Of a DNA stretch of 64,000 nt, positions 1 through 10,754 are shown piece by piece. Source of the stretch: an uncultured Bacilli bacterium (GTDB lineage Bacteria; Bacillota_I; Bacilli_A; RF39; UBA660); contig CAKPCH010000006.1 in NCBI GenBank assembly GCA_934141535.1, positions 3,434 through 67,433 on the forward strand. Direction: 5' to 3'. The position numbers were made by a program, and so were the translations under genes. Below the pieces are notes generated by a model. It searched no databases, was not told where the DNA came from, and worked only from the letters and a program-made list of their open reading frames with translations. Each line of letters begins with the position of its first letter. Position 1 is the stretch's first letter.

Positions 1-73
1 CAAGTTTATTCATGTATATCTCCTTCTTGATGTCTTTATATTCTATCAAAAAAGGAAAAAAAGTACAATAGTA

Positions 74-613
74 CTATTTTATAAATTCATCATTTACTTT
101 ATCTATTTCTTTTATATCATCATTAGATAACTCATCATCTATATCATCCCATGGCTCTTCATCTTCTTCAACAGCTATTTTTACTTTAGTTTCTCCCACT
201 ATTTCAACACCTAACTCTTTTTCAACATCAAATGTTATATTCTTGTCATTTATGTTAACAGAAGAACAATTTGGTTGTTTTAATGTTCTTACTATTATAT
301 CAGTATCACTTGAAAGATCAGCATTTTCTTTTAATTTTACATTAAACAAATCGTTATATGATATATTCTTACTTACTACTGTAGTTTTTGAGTCATTATC
401 ATATGAATACCAAACATTCACATCATATGATCCACTTACACCTATTTTATCATTTGTCTTATAACCTTTAAATTTATGATTTATAATCCAGCATCCAAGT
501 ATTGTAGTTGGATTATTTTCTACATTTATACTATAATTATCTTTAAAATACTTTTTACCCTTGCCAATAATAGCCTTAGTTACAATTTCTTTATATAATG
601 ACACATTTATCAC
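74..613 (-). CDS. cotE: Outer spore coat morphogenetic protein CotE
   Basis: 179 aa. Long colinear matches to B. subtilis CotE as I recall it (EIVTKAIIGKGKKYF, TILGCWIINHKF, DVNVWYSY, LKQPNC, EIVGETKV) plus an acidic C-terminal tail. Sits next to miaB, as ymcB-cotE does in B. subtilis. Confidence 0.8.
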   Translation of the reverse strand: MINVSLYKEIVTKAIIGKGKKYFKDNYSINVENNPTTILGCWIINHKFKGYKTNDKIGVSGSYDVNVWYSYDNDSKTTVVSKNISYNDLFNVKLKENADLSSDTDIIVRTLKQPNCSSVNINDKNITFDVEKELGVEIVGETKVKIAVEEDEEPWDDIDDELSNDDIKEIDKVNDEFIK

Positions 614-666
614 TCCTCAATTTAATATATGACAAATTATAGTAAAAATGAATAAAAAAAGAAGAA

Positions 667-2118
667 TTAATCAACTAATTCTCCATCTAAACTCCAAGTT
701 TTAACATCAGTTATTTTTACATTAACTATTTTGCCTATATATTCCTTATCAGCCTTTACATTTACAAGCTTCATAGTATCTGTATATCCCATTAACTTAC
801 CTTCTTTTTCACTATTACCCTCTAATAATACTGGAACTATTGAACCAACATACTTTTGATTTGCTTCATTAGCAAACTTATTTACCAATTCATTAAGTTT
901 ATAAAGTCTATTATTTTTTTCTTCTTCAGTTAACTTATTTTCCATACGAGCTGCTGGTGTTCCTTCTCTTGGAGAATATATAAATGTAAATGCAGAATCA
1001 AACTTACAAGTATTTACAACATCTAACGTATCATTAAAATCATTTTCAGTTTCCCCTGGGAATGCTACTATAATATCAGTAGTTATTGAACAGTTTGGAA
1101 TTCTTTCTTTAATCTTATTAAATAACTCTATATATTGCTCTTTAGTATAACGTCTACCCATAAGTTTTAATATAGAATCACTACCAGATTGTAGTGGAAG
1201 ATGAATATATGGCATTATATTATCATAGTGCGCTATAACATCAATCATCTTATCATCAAAATCCCATGGATGCGATGTTACAAATCTAATTCTTTCTATA
1301 CCAGTTTTAGCAGTATCTTCTAACAAATCGCCCATAGTATACTCTATATTTAAATCCTTACCATAAGCATTGACATTTTGCCCCAATAAAGTTACTTCCT
1401 TATAACCATTTTTAACTAAATCCTTTACCTCATCTATTACATCTTCCGGTAACCTTGATCTTTGTTTACCTCTAGTATATGGAACTATACAATATGTACA
1501 AAACTTATCACATCCATACATAATATTAACCCAAGCTTTTACCTTAGAATCCCTTTTAACTGGAATACTTTCATAAACATCACCCTCAACACTAAAAACC
1601 TCTATCTCTTGTTTATGCTTATCAATAGATTCTTTTAATATATTAGGAAGTTTATGTAAATTATGAGTTCCAAAAACTATATCTACCCATTTATATTTAC
1701 TCTTAATACTTTCTACTACATTTTCTTCTTGAGCCATACAACCACATATACCACAAATAATATTTGGATTAGCCTCCTTTAAATGTTTAACTCTTCCTAA
1801 AAAACCAAACATCTTATTGTGAGCATTCTCCCTTATAGCACATGTATTTAAAATAATCATATCAGCCTCTTCAAAAACCTCTGTTGGCATAAATCCCATG
1901 TCCTCTAACATAGCAGCTAAAACTTCACTATCATGAACATTCATCTGACAACCATATGTTTTTAAATAATACTTTTTACCTACACCTAACTCTTTCATAT
2001 CATTAGGTATTTTATAATCATCTCTTATTATCTTAACTTCTTTTTTAGTTCTAGTTTTTGCTACCTTCAAATTTGGTAGATTCACAAAAATCACTTCCTT
2101 CGTATTAAATGATAACAT
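667..2118 (-). CDS. miaB: tRNA-i6A37 methylthiotransferase MiaB (radical SAM)
   Basis: 483 aa with UPF0004 N-domain cysteines, the radical-SAM motif CTYCIVPYTRG and a TRAM C-terminus (GKIVNVKITDV). Confidence 0.9.
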   Translation of the reverse strand: MLSFNTKEVIFVNLPNLKVAKTRTKKEVKIIRDDYKIPNDMKELGVGKKYYLKTYGCQMNVHDSEVLAAMLEDMGFMPTEVFEEADMIILNTCAIRENAHNKMFGFLGRVKHLKEANPNIICGICGCMAQEENVVESIKSKYKWVDIVFGTHNLHKLPNILKESIDKHKQEIEVFSVEGDVYESIPVKRDSKVKAWVNIMYGCDKFCTYCIVPYTRGKQRSRLPEDVIDEVKDLVKNGYKEVTLLGQNVNAYGKDLNIEYTMGDLLEDTAKTGIERIRFVTSHPWDFDDKMIDVIAHYDNIMPYIHLPLQSGSDSILKLMGRRYTKEQYIELFNKIKERIPNCSITTDIIVAFPGETENDFNDTLDVVNTCKFDSAFTFIYSPREGTPAARMENKLTEEEKNNRLYKLNELVNKFANEANQKYVGSIVPVLLEGNSEKEGKLMGYTDTMKLVNVKADKEYIGKIVNVKITDVKTWSLDGELVD

Positions 2119-2196
2119 ACTTTTTTATTTTAAGCAATAAATATTTTTTATACCTTCTATAATTTATCAGCACATTTCAAACAAAAAAGGAGATAT

Positions 2197-2574
2197 TTAA
2201 TTCTCCTTATAACTAATCATTTTATTTACTATATTTTTAACATTACTCTTTTCAAACGGTTTAGACAACATATCAACTATATCATAAGTAAAAGCCCTAT
2301 CAATAGTTTCTTTAGAATCATCTCCACTTATTATAGATACTGGAATTCTTTTAAATAAATTATTATTTTTAAAATAGTTCAATACATAAAATCCATCATA
2401 ATCAGGCATATTTAAATCAAGTAGCATAGCACATATATCTTTATCTTTAACTATTAAATCAGTTGCTTCCTTACCATTATTTGCCTTTACAACTACATAC
2501 TCGTCCTGAAGTGCATTCTCTATTAATTTTTTAACTATCAAAGAATCATCTACTACCAATATCTTTTTATTCAT
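2197..2574 (-). CDS. Stand-alone response-regulator receiver protein (CheY-like)
   Basis: 125 aa with ILVVDDS, the LLDLNMPDYDG phospho-acceptor region and a conserved K near the C-terminus. No output domain. Confidence 0.75.
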   Translation of the reverse strand: MNKKILVVDDSLIVKKLIENALQDEYVVVKANNGKEATDLIVKDKDICAMLLDLNMPDYDGFYVLNYFKNNNLFKRIPVSIISGDDSKETIDRAFTYDIVDMLSKPFEKSNVKNIVNKMISYKEN

Positions 2575-2650
2575 AACCCATCTCCCTTATTATAAGATAC
2601 TTAACAACATTATTATAACACATCTTATAAAAAAGGTAAATTACTATTTT

Positions 2651-3235
2651 TTAAACATTTTTATCACTTATATATTTTTTATATACCTTAATATTCTTTT
2701 TAATAGATTCATCTACATCTATAAAATATCTTCCATATTCCCCATCTTCATCTATTTTCTTATCTTCTAAAACTCCCTCAAGTGAAAGTATTGTCTTAAC
2801 AGACCCCATATTATAATCATAAGCAGTAAGCAATACTTTATTAAGGTTCAATTTATGTGCTTGCAAAAGACATAAAAATAAATTTATCTTATTATATCCT
2901 TTTCTTCTTTCAAGAGGTCTTATACTATATCCTATATTACCACCAGATATTAACATCTTTTTATTTAAGTTATATCTTAAATTTATCATACCAACTAATT
3001 TATTATCATTTTCCCTAATCAAGAAATATTCAAAACCTGGGCAATAATTTTTAGGTGTTGTAATCGGATTTTTTAATGATTCTAAAAACTTTAACCATTC
3101 CTCATATCTATTTAAATACTTATCTAAGCCACAAACTCCATTAATATTAGAATTATATTTAATAAATTCTTCAATATATTCTATAGCATCATCTTTTCTT
3201 AATATATTAGCCTCTTCTAAATAAAATTTTTCCAT
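2651..3235 (-). CDS. Hypothetical protein, possible GNAT-fold acetyltransferase
   Basis: 194-aa ORF with good coding character; LVGMINLRYNL...GGNIGYSIRPLERRKGY resembles a GNAT acetyl-CoA binding core. Family assignment is weak. Confidence 0.45.
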   Translation of the reverse strand: MEKFYLEEANILRKDDAIEYIEEFIKYNSNINGVCGLDKYLNRYEEWLKFLESLKNPITTPKNYCPGFEYFLIRENDNKLVGMINLRYNLNKKMLISGGNIGYSIRPLERRKGYNKINLFLCLLQAHKLNLNKVLLTAYDYNMGSVKTILSLEGVLEDKKIDEDGEYGRYFIDVDESIKKNIKVYKKYISDKNV

Positions 3236-3246
3236 AATTACATCCT

Positions 3247-3804
3247 CTATTTTTTAAATTCATCTTTAGTTATTGAATACACAATCAAATCATCTAATTC
3301 TTTAGTATACTTATTTAATTTTCTTTTTCTTAAAACTGCTTCCTTCTTCATTCCTGATTTTTGCATAACTCTACCACTTGCAGGATTTCCACCTATATGC
3401 ATAGCTTCAACAAGATACATACCTACATCAAACAAGAAAAATTCAATAACTCTTCTTAGTGCTTCAGTAGCATACCCACAATTCCAATACTTTGATCCAT
3501 AGCAATATCCTATTTCTACATTCATATCATTTTCTCTAACATGGACACCCATTATACTACCAATTACCTCATGTGTATCCTTTAACTCAACTATCCAGTT
3601 ATAAGCACCCTCTTCATATTCTTTCATCCAAATATCAACTATTTTTTTAGAATCTTCTACACTTTTATGTAAATTCCAATCAAGATACTTATTAGAGTTT
3701 TTATCACTACCCCAACTATAATACATAGCTTCAGCATCACGACTTTCAAATCTTCTTAATATTAATCTATCAGTTTCAAGTGTTACTGTACCAAGTCTTT
3801 TCAT
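3247..3804 (-). CDS. GNAT family N-acetyltransferase (RimJ/RimL-like)
   Basis: 185 aa with LETDRLILRRFESRDAEAMY and VEIGYCYGSKYWNCGYATEALRRVIEF, typical of RimL-type GNATs. Confidence 0.75.
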   Translation of the reverse strand: MKRLGTVTLETDRLILRRFESRDAEAMYYSWGSDKNSNKYLDWNLHKSVEDSKKIVDIWMKEYEEGAYNWIVELKDTHEVIGSIMGVHVRENDMNVEIGYCYGSKYWNCGYATEALRRVIEFFLFDVGMYLVEAMHIGGNPASGRVMQKSGMKKEAVLRKRKLNKYTKELDDLIVYSITKDEFKK

Positions 3805-3837
3805 AAATTCTCCTTTCTAATATTGTGATTTCGCCAA

Positions 3838-3876
3838 AAATATATAAAAAAACACGAAAACCACATCAGTGACTCC
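3838..3876 (-). terminator. Putative intrinsic terminator downstream of the NUDIX gene
   Basis: Minus strand reads AACACGgagtcactgatgtggttttCGTGTT followed by TTTTTTT. The stem is short with a long loop, so this is a weak call. Confidence 0.3.
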
Positions 3877-3957
3877 GTGTTAAACGTGTAAGATTTCTCT
3901 TTGGAAAAGCTCGTTTCCTTATTTTCCCTCACTAATTACATTATATTAGTATTAAGT

Positions 3958-4887
3958 CTATTTGTCAAGATTTTTATCAATTAATACTTGGTGCGCTAAT
4001 AAAGATAACTTATTTTCTACTTCATCTATATTATAAAATTCAGCACCCAAAGAATCATCATTTATTTTATCAATTATATTATCTTTCTTTATTTCACCCC
4101 CGTAAGATAATATATCATATATTATTCCTATATGATTAAAATATATTTCTTTTCCTTTATATTCATAAGGAAAACTGATAGAAGCAATTCCATTAAATTT
4201 ATAACTTAATACATTTATTCCAACTTCTTCTTTTAATTCCCTTATTAAAGTATCAACAGTTGATTCACCATATTCTATAGTACCACCAGGTAAATCTAAC
4301 TTTGAATCATATGGTCCACCTACTTTTTTAATAAGTAATACTTCATTATCTTTTTTTACTAATCCATATACACCAGTATGAGTCTTATACTCTTTATTAT
4401 CACCATCTAAAAAATGAAATAAATCACAAAAAGCTTTATAATGACTTTTAGAAAATAACCCCTTACTATTTAATTCTTCTATTTTATCTCTTGTCATCCA
4501 AGAAACACTTTCTACCTCTTCTTTTTGTAATACCAATTTATTTATATCAATATCTTTTTTTAAATAATATAAATCATAAAATCCAATATCATTTTTTATA
4601 GTTTTAAATAAAGTCAATTCATAAGGCTTTACATCTAGTCCTATTTCTTCTTTTACCTCAGTCACAATTCCTTCTATACTAGACTCACCACTTTTAGGAT
4701 GTCCTCCTGTTGATGCATAATGATGTTTTTTCTCATAACTTGTTAGTTGTACTAAAAACTCATGCTTACTATTTTCAATAAATACTATAACTGTTTGAAT
4801 ATATCTTCCCTTAGGTGGAAGTTCATCCTTTCTTATGGTTTCATTTGTTAAAATTCTTTTTTCATCATATAAATCCCTATATTCCAT
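3958..4887 (-). CDS. Tandem NUDIX hydrolase
   Basis: 309 aa with two Nudix boxes: GGHPKSGESSIEGIVTEVKEEIGLD and PGGTIEYGESTVDTLIRELKEEVGI. Confidence 0.8.
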   Translation of the reverse strand: MEYRDLYDEKRILTNETIRKDELPPKGRYIQTVIVFIENSKHEFLVQLTSYEKKHHYASTGGHPKSGESSIEGIVTEVKEEIGLDVKPYELTLFKTIKNDIGFYDLYYLKKDIDINKLVLQKEEVESVSWMTRDKIEELNSKGLFSKSHYKAFCDLFHFLDGDNKEYKTHTGVYGLVKKDNEVLLIKKVGGPYDSKLDLPGGTIEYGESTVDTLIRELKEEVGINVLSYKFNGIASISFPYEYKGKEIYFNHIGIIYDILSYGGEIKKDNIIDKINDDSLGAEFYNIDEVENKLSLLAHQVLIDKNLDK

Positions 4888-4939
4888 ATTCTCCTCCTTA
4901 ACTATAACGTTTTAATCACTATCAAAGTTTAAATCATTA

Positions 4940-5260
4940 TTAAATTTTAATCTTATAAGTTATTATTTCCATTAAAGTTTTAACTAAAATATCAAAAACA
5001 AATAAAATATTATTTCTTTCGCAAAATATATCTATGAATAGCTTATTTAATATAGATGTCATAAATATTTTTGATAGTGATTTTATGAGTTGTAAGTTTT
5101 CACTTGTGATAACTACATTTATAATTTTTAATTTCTTAAAAATTATAGAAATTTGTACTGCATTTTGATTATCATTTAAGATAATCTTTTCATGTTTAAA
5201 CAAGATGAATGACATTTTATCAACTCCTCTCATACACAAAGAATCAACAAAAGTATTCAA
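4940..5260 (-). CDS. Hypothetical small protein
   Basis: 106-aa ORF between the kinase and NUDIX genes with no recognisable domain. It may be spurious. Confidence 0.25.
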   Translation of the reverse strand: MNTFVDSLCMRGVDKMSFILFKHEKIILNDNQNAVQISIIFKKLKIINVVITSENLQLIKSLSKIFMTSILNKLFIDIFCERNNILFVFDILVKTLMEIITYKIKI

Positions 5261-5405
5261 GTTTTAATTTTGTAATTGCAAAAAACCACATAATTAATAT
5301 GTAGTTGTAGTCATAGATGATTAATAATAAATTGATTCTTTGCAAAACGTCTTCTTAAATATATAATATTTTTTTAAATTAGTCAATATAAAAACAAGAT
5401 TTTAT

Positions 5406-7517
5406 TTAATCTTGTTTTAAAAATTTCTTTAATACTCTTGATAATTCACTCTTATCTATTGGTTTACTTATATAATCATCAAATCCACTAGCTAAATATT
5501 TTTCCTTTTGCCCATTCATAGCATCTGCAGTCAATACTACTATAGGAGTTTTAAATTCTTTTATTTTTCTTAATGTATCCATGGTAGTTATACCATCCAT
5601 ACCGGGCATCATTTGATCTAATAATATTAAATCAAAATTATTTTGTTTAGTAACTAATTCAACACACTCTTCACCAGAAGTAACAAGAGTTGTATCAACT
5701 TCATATGCACTAAGCATCTTATTAGTAACTTTTAAATTAAGTTCATTATCATCTACTAAAAGTATTCTTTTTCCTTTTAAACTAAATACTTCAGCTTTCT
5801 TATTATTATCAATCATAGTTCTAACTTTATTATCTTCAACTATTCTTTGAGATAATATAATAGTAACTTTTGTGTATTCATTAAGTTTACTTTCTATTTC
5901 AAACTTTCCATCTAACAACTTAATTATCTTTTTAACTCTATAAAGACCTGTATTACCATCTTTTGATTCCATTATAGTTTTAAGAGTTTGTTCATCTATA
6001 CCTTTTCCAGTATCTATAACGCTTATTGCTAAATTAACATTATTATTAACTTTCTTTCCCTTAACATCAACAGATATTTTACCTTCATCTGTATACTTAA
6101 CAGAATTATTTAAAATTTGCATCAAGGCAGAAGTAATACGCTTACTATCTCCATAAAGAACAACAGGTAAATTATTGTCCAAATTAAGTTCAAAAGAAAT
6201 ATCTTTATTCCCTATATATTCTTTAGCATTCTCTTCTAACTTAGTAAATAACTTATAAATACTATATTCATTCTCTTGCTTTTTACTTAAATGCTTCTCT
6301 ATATTCTCAGCATCAAGTAACCCATCTATTATATTTAATACGTCTTTAGATGAATCATTAATATTTCTTATATCATCAAGCACACCTTCATCTAATTTTT
6401 TACTAACCAAATCATCACTTAAACCTATAATATTAGTTAAAGGTGTTCTAATATCATGAGATATTGTAGAAATAAGTTCAGTCTTAGATTTAGAAGCTAT
6501 TTTTAACTCATTCAATGCATTTTGTAACATAACATTTTGTTCTCTTATACTTTCAGCACTCGAAGTTACATTTTTAGTTAAAATAGAAACCTTATTACCT
6601 TGTCTACTTGTTAAAAAGAATATAGTACTCTCTAACCAAATATTATTTTTAACTTCCATACCTATTCTATATCTTACAGAAACACTGTCTAATTCATATT
6701 TAGCAAAGTGATCCTTTAAATTTTCTAAACATAAAGTTTCATAAAACATTTTTCTATCTGATTCATTAATATATTTATTAGTGATTTCTTTTAAAGCACT
6801 AGTATAAATACCTCTTTTTTCTTCACCAAAATATAAATTATCTTTTTTAAAATATTTCAAATCATAAGAATTATTATTTAAATTAATATTCATTTCCATA
6901 TCATATGATTTAGATGTAATTTGATTTAATTGACTTTCACGAGCTTTTATATCTGTAGCTTGAGTAAGTAATAAATGTTGTTTGTCGTGCTCTTTTGTAG
7001 AATCAATTATTTCAATAATATAATATTCATCCCTCTTAGTTTTACATGAAAAAGCCTTTAATCTAATCCACATTTGATGATTATATAAAGGATTATCATA
7101 TGTAATCATTTGACCTACATATTTATCAGTCTTATTCCAAGATTTTAATTCGTCCTTTATTATAGGTAAATCTAATAATTTAAATACTGCATTACTATCA
7201 TACTTTATCCCTAATATCTCTTCTATATTATTTGATACATATATAACATCATTATTTTTAGCATCTATCATAAAATATACAGTATCAGCATTCTCTAGTA
7301 AAGAATTAAATAGCTTCTCTTTTGATTTATAACTAGAATCACTTACCTTAAATATAGTAATATAAATAACATAAATTCCATATACTAAAATCAAACCAAA
7401 TACTAAATAATTAATAGTAGGATATTCTATAAAAATACTACTATTTGTAATACATAATATATAACTTGCAATAATTAATAATAATATAAAAATACTTAAA
7501 GCCCTCTTATCTTTCAT
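5406..7517 (-). CDS. Hybrid sensor histidine kinase/response regulator
   Basis: 703 aa with two N-terminal TM helices and a PAS-like middle. HisKA H-box SHDIRTPLTNI, an HATPase_c region (DTGKGI) and a C-terminal receiver (ILLVDDNELN...DQMMPGMDG). Confidence 0.85.
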   Translation of the reverse strand: MKDKRALSIFILLLIIASYILCITNSSIFIEYPTINYLVFGLILVYGIYVIYITIFKVSDSSYKSKEKLFNSLLENADTVYFMIDAKNNDVIYVSNNIEEILGIKYDSNAVFKLLDLPIIKDELKSWNKTDKYVGQMITYDNPLYNHQMWIRLKAFSCKTKRDEYYIIEIIDSTKEHDKQHLLLTQATDIKARESQLNQITSKSYDMEMNINLNNNSYDLKYFKKDNLYFGEEKRGIYTSALKEITNKYINESDRKMFYETLCLENLKDHFAKYELDSVSVRYRIGMEVKNNIWLESTIFFLTSRQGNKVSILTKNVTSSAESIREQNVMLQNALNELKIASKSKTELISTISHDIRTPLTNIIGLSDDLVSKKLDEGVLDDIRNINDSSKDVLNIIDGLLDAENIEKHLSKKQENEYSIYKLFTKLEENAKEYIGNKDISFELNLDNNLPVVLYGDSKRITSALMQILNNSVKYTDEGKISVDVKGKKVNNNVNLAISVIDTGKGIDEQTLKTIMESKDGNTGLYRVKKIIKLLDGKFEIESKLNEYTKVTIILSQRIVEDNKVRTMIDNNKKAEVFSLKGKRILLVDDNELNLKVTNKMLSAYEVDTTLVTSGEECVELVTKQNNFDLILLDQMMPGMDGITTMDTLRKIKEFKTPIVVLTADAMNGQKEKYLASGFDDYISKPIDKSELSRVLKKFLKQD

Positions 7518-7567
7518 AATACCTCCTAGTATAAATACATTATAACATATTTTCTTACATTTTGTAA

Positions 7568-7807
7568 TTACTTTTTATTATGCTTAATATCTTTTTTTAA
7601 GTTCCTAATCTTTTTATTTAAATCATAAATTTTTTTATTATTAATTTCTAACTCTTTATATGTTCTCTTTTTTTCATCTTTATATAAATTAAGTACTTCT
7701 TCTACATCAGTTTCAAAATTAGTTTTAAACATTAAAACTATTATAAAAACACTAGAAAATATACAATAACCTATTAACAATACTTTAAATACTACTTCTA
7801 ACTGCAC
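7568..7807 (-). CDS. Hypothetical small membrane protein
   Basis: 79-aa ORF with one N-terminal TM helix followed by a basic coiled-coil-like tail. Confidence 0.3.
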   Translation of the reverse strand: MQLEVVFKVLLIGYCIFSSVFIIVLMFKTNFETDVEEVLNLYKDEKKRTYKELEINNKKIYDLNKKIRNLKKDIKHNKK

Positions 7808-7811
7808 ACTA

Positions 7812-8063
7812 CTACTTCCTTTTTAATTTTAATAATACTCTTAAATACAATATATAAATCTCTTTTTTTAATATCATTCTTTTTTGTCTTCTTATTATAG
7901 AATAATTTCTGTCTAATACAGTATCATACTTTATATTATAATCATAATATTTCATATAATAATCTTTTTTACTTAATATAGATATTGAAATAATAAATAA
8001 TAATATAACTATCATAACTATAAACAACAAATATATACATGATTCTATATTCATAATTACCAC
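7812..8063 (-). CDS. Hypothetical small membrane protein
   Basis: 83-aa ORF with a hydrophobic N-terminus and a Tyr-rich middle. Directly upstream of the previous small ORF. Confidence 0.3.
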   Translation of the reverse strand: MVIMNIESCIYLLFIVMIVILLFIISISILSKKDYYMKYYDYNIKYDTVLDRNYSIIRRQKRMILKKEIYILYLRVLLKLKRK

Positions 8064-8153
8064 CTTTATAAATTTTATATTATTATTTACTGTTTGTCTA
8101 TGCTTAATATCAAAAAAACAGAAAATAAATTTCTGTTTTACATTCTATAAATA

Positions 8154-9797
8154 TTATTTTATTACATTCATAAGAGGCGGGATTAATTGTTTTTTACGAG
8201 ATAAACATTTTGATAAGAAATATCCCTCTTCTATATTGTCCTTATTAAATGCTAAAGAAACTAAATCTTTTGATAATTCATCGAAGAATAAATAAGATCC
8301 ATCTTTAAGAATATCTGTAACACATAATAATAATAAATCATATTCCCTATCTTTTTTAATTTTATTTAACTCACTTATATAGTCTTCTCTTTTTTCTAAT
8401 ATTTCCTCTGAATTTAGGGTTATTACTTGAGATACAGCAACCCTTTTACCATTTATATCAAATATTTTAATATCACCATCTATTATTTGAGTTAATGTTT
8501 TACCAGATAAATTAGTACCTGCTTTAAACATTTCCTTAGCATACGTATCAATATCTACATTTGCTATTTTACTTAAACGCTTTGCTACATACTTATCATA
8601 ACTTGTAGTAGTAGGACTTGTAAATTTCAATGTATCTGAAAGTATTCCACTAAGCATTATACCGGCAATAGCAGGTGGTACACTAACATGATTCTCTCCA
8701 TACATAGAATAAATTATAGTATTAGTACTTCCTACTGTCATATTTCTAAAATTAATAGGCATACTTGTCGTAATAGCACCCAATTTATGATGATCTATTA
8801 TTTCTAATATTTCAGCTTCATTAAGTCCATCAACACTTTGACTAATCTCATTATGATCAACAAGTATAACTTGTTTTCTATTCATTTCATTTATATCAGT
8901 TATTCTTATAAGACCTAAACATTTATTATCATTATCTATAACTGGGTAATTGTTAAATCCTAATTTTAAAGCTTTTTCTTTAAATTCATCATAATAATCA
9001 TTTTCATTAAACTTAACATTTCTTGAATCAGTTATTAAATTACCAGCATAATTAGAAAGTCCTATTAACTTAGCAGTATGAAATGTATCGTAACCAGTTC
9101 TTATGATATTTACCTTATTAGCAATAGCTATCTTTATGTGCTCCTCTTTTATTTCAGAATTACCTACAATTACTAATAATTTAATACCGCTATTAACAGC
9201 AGCCTCTATTAAACTATGCCTATCACCTACTATCATTATAGTAGAATTAGTAAGAGTTAAAGTATTTAAGAAAGTTGTACTTCTATATGAAGCAACAATT
9301 ATATTACCACTTATCTCATCATCAAATTTTAAAACTTCTTCTGCTTTCAACACATCTTTAATATTATTATATGAGGTATTAAGTTTAGTAAAATCTCCAT
9401 TAATTAACTCATGACCTATCATTTTAGAAGTTAATAATCCAAGAAAATGGTTATCATCATCAACAATAGGTACACCAGTAATATTTCTATTTAATATATA
9501 ATCATATGTATGATTAATAGAATCTTTACTATTTATAAAACAATCTTTATAATAATTTAAATCCTTTATTTGTAACTTAACATCTTCTAAATAACTAGGC
9601 TTTTCTATATTAAAATAATCGAGTGCAAACTTAGTTTCGTTATTTATCTCTCCTAGTATCATCGGTTTAGTATTTAGTCCTAATTGATTTTTTAAATAGG
9701 ACAAAGCAATAGCTGATGTTACTGTATCTGTATCTGGTTTTTTATGACCAAATATATAAATATCTCTCATTTTAATTCCCCACAATTCTTTTATCAA
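8154..9797 (-). CDS. CBS-domain manganese-dependent inorganic pyrophosphatase (DHH/DHHA2 family)
   Basis: 547 aa. N-terminal DHH motif (IFGHKKPDTDTVTSAIA), an inserted CBS pair and DRTGG-like region, C-terminal DHHA2 (DHHKLG...GSTNTI). The true start may be the internal Met (MRDIYIFGH). Confidence 0.75.
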   Translation of the reverse strand: MIKELWGIKMRDIYIFGHKKPDTDTVTSAIALSYLKNQLGLNTKPMILGEINNETKFALDYFNIEKPSYLEDVKLQIKDLNYYKDCFINSKDSINHTYDYILNRNITGVPIVDDDNHFLGLLTSKMIGHELINGDFTKLNTSYNNIKDVLKAEEVLKFDDEISGNIIVASYRSTTFLNTLTLTNSTIMIVGDRHSLIEAAVNSGIKLLVIVGNSEIKEEHIKIAIANKVNIIRTGYDTFHTAKLIGLSNYAGNLITDSRNVKFNENDYYDEFKEKALKLGFNNYPVIDNDNKCLGLIRITDINEMNRKQVILVDHNEISQSVDGLNEAEILEIIDHHKLGAITTSMPINFRNMTVGSTNTIIYSMYGENHVSVPPAIAGIMLSGILSDTLKFTSPTTTSYDKYVAKRLSKIANVDIDTYAKEMFKAGTNLSGKTLTQIIDGDIKIFDINGKRVAVSQVITLNSEEILEKREDYISELNKIKKDREYDLLLLCVTDILKDGSYLFFDELSKDLVSLAFNKDNIEEGYFLSKCLSRKKQLIPPLMNVIK

Positions 9798-9829
9798 TTA
9801 TATCATTTCATTTACTAAAAGTAAATATT

Positions 9830-10747
9830 TTATTCTACTGTAATTGTTACACTTTTTCTTGCTTGATTATTAGATGGATCAATTGCTATAAAAGTAATTA
9901 CATATTTACCTTTCTTACTAAAATCAACAGATCCTTCCATTTTTATATCGCACATACCACTATTATCAGTACAACTTACACCGTTCATCAAATCATATGA
10001 AGTATCATTTAAACTTATAGTTTTTGGATCATAAACAGTAAGTACTGGTGCCTCCTCATCCTTAACTATAACACTTCTTACTACTCTATTAGAATTTCCA
10101 TCATCATCTACCACTATATAATTAATATAATAAATGCCAAGATGTGAAGTATCAACACTATCTACTACCTCATTATCATGAATTATATACTTTACTACTT
10201 TATCAGTAATTACAACTCCATCTTTAGTAGTAGCACTATAAGTAACATCAGTAAATTCACCATTTAATGATACATTTGTAATATAATTACCATCACTATT
10301 AGCAAGTATTCCATCCAATTTAATCGTTGGCTTATTAACAAAACTTGTTCCATCTATTAAAACAGTATATAAATACTCACCTGACTTTTTAGAATACTCA
10401 TCACTAACTTTATATTCATTAGAAACCTTAGATATTTTTACAACTAAATCATATGAAAATTCTTTCTTTGTTTTAGGATTAATTAAATTATTATCTAAAT
10501 ATCCTAAACTCATTAATTCGCCTAATGTAACATAACTAATATTTTTACTAGTTTCTGGAAGAACTTTTGTATTTTCTAAAGTATAATCATAAGCAGCATT
10601 TAACATACTATTAATTTGACTTTTGTAAGTTATATTTTTACTTTTATTTATTGTTTTATCAACGCTTGGAAATACTAAAGTTATTATAACAGCAAGTATT
10701 ACTATAACACCTAATACCTCAATTAATGTAAAACCTTTACTTTTCAT
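9830..10747 (-). CDS. Prepilin-type N-terminal cleavage/methylation domain protein (pilin/pseudopilin-like) with Ig-like C-terminal region
   Basis: 305 aa with class III signal MKSKGFTLIEVLGVIVILAVI (G|FTLIE cleavage/methylation motif). Beta-rich extracellular region. Confidence 0.6.
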   Translation of the reverse strand: MKSKGFTLIEVLGVIVILAVIITLVFPSVDKTINKSKNITYKSQINSMLNAAYDYTLENTKVLPETSKNISYVTLGELMSLGYLDNNLINPKTKKEFSYDLVVKISKVSNEYKVSDEYSKKSGEYLYTVLIDGTSFVNKPTIKLDGILANSDGNYITNVSLNGEFTDVTYSATTKDGVVITDKVVKYIIHDNEVVDSVDTSHLGIYYINYIVVDDDGNSNRVVRSVIVKDEEAPVLTVYDPKTISLNDTSYDLMNGVSCTDNSGMCDIKMEGSVDFSKKGKYVITFIAIDPSNNQARKSVTITVE

Positions 10748-10754
10748 ATTTCAC

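Noticed and set aside
243-464. 73-aa plus-strand ORF inside cotE
   Set aside because: Antisense to a well-supported gene. No RBS and low-complexity hydrophobic translation typical of AT-rich antisense frames.
9103-9414. 103-aa plus-strand ORF inside the pyrophosphatase gene
   Set aside because: Antisense overlap with a conserved CDS and no independent signals.
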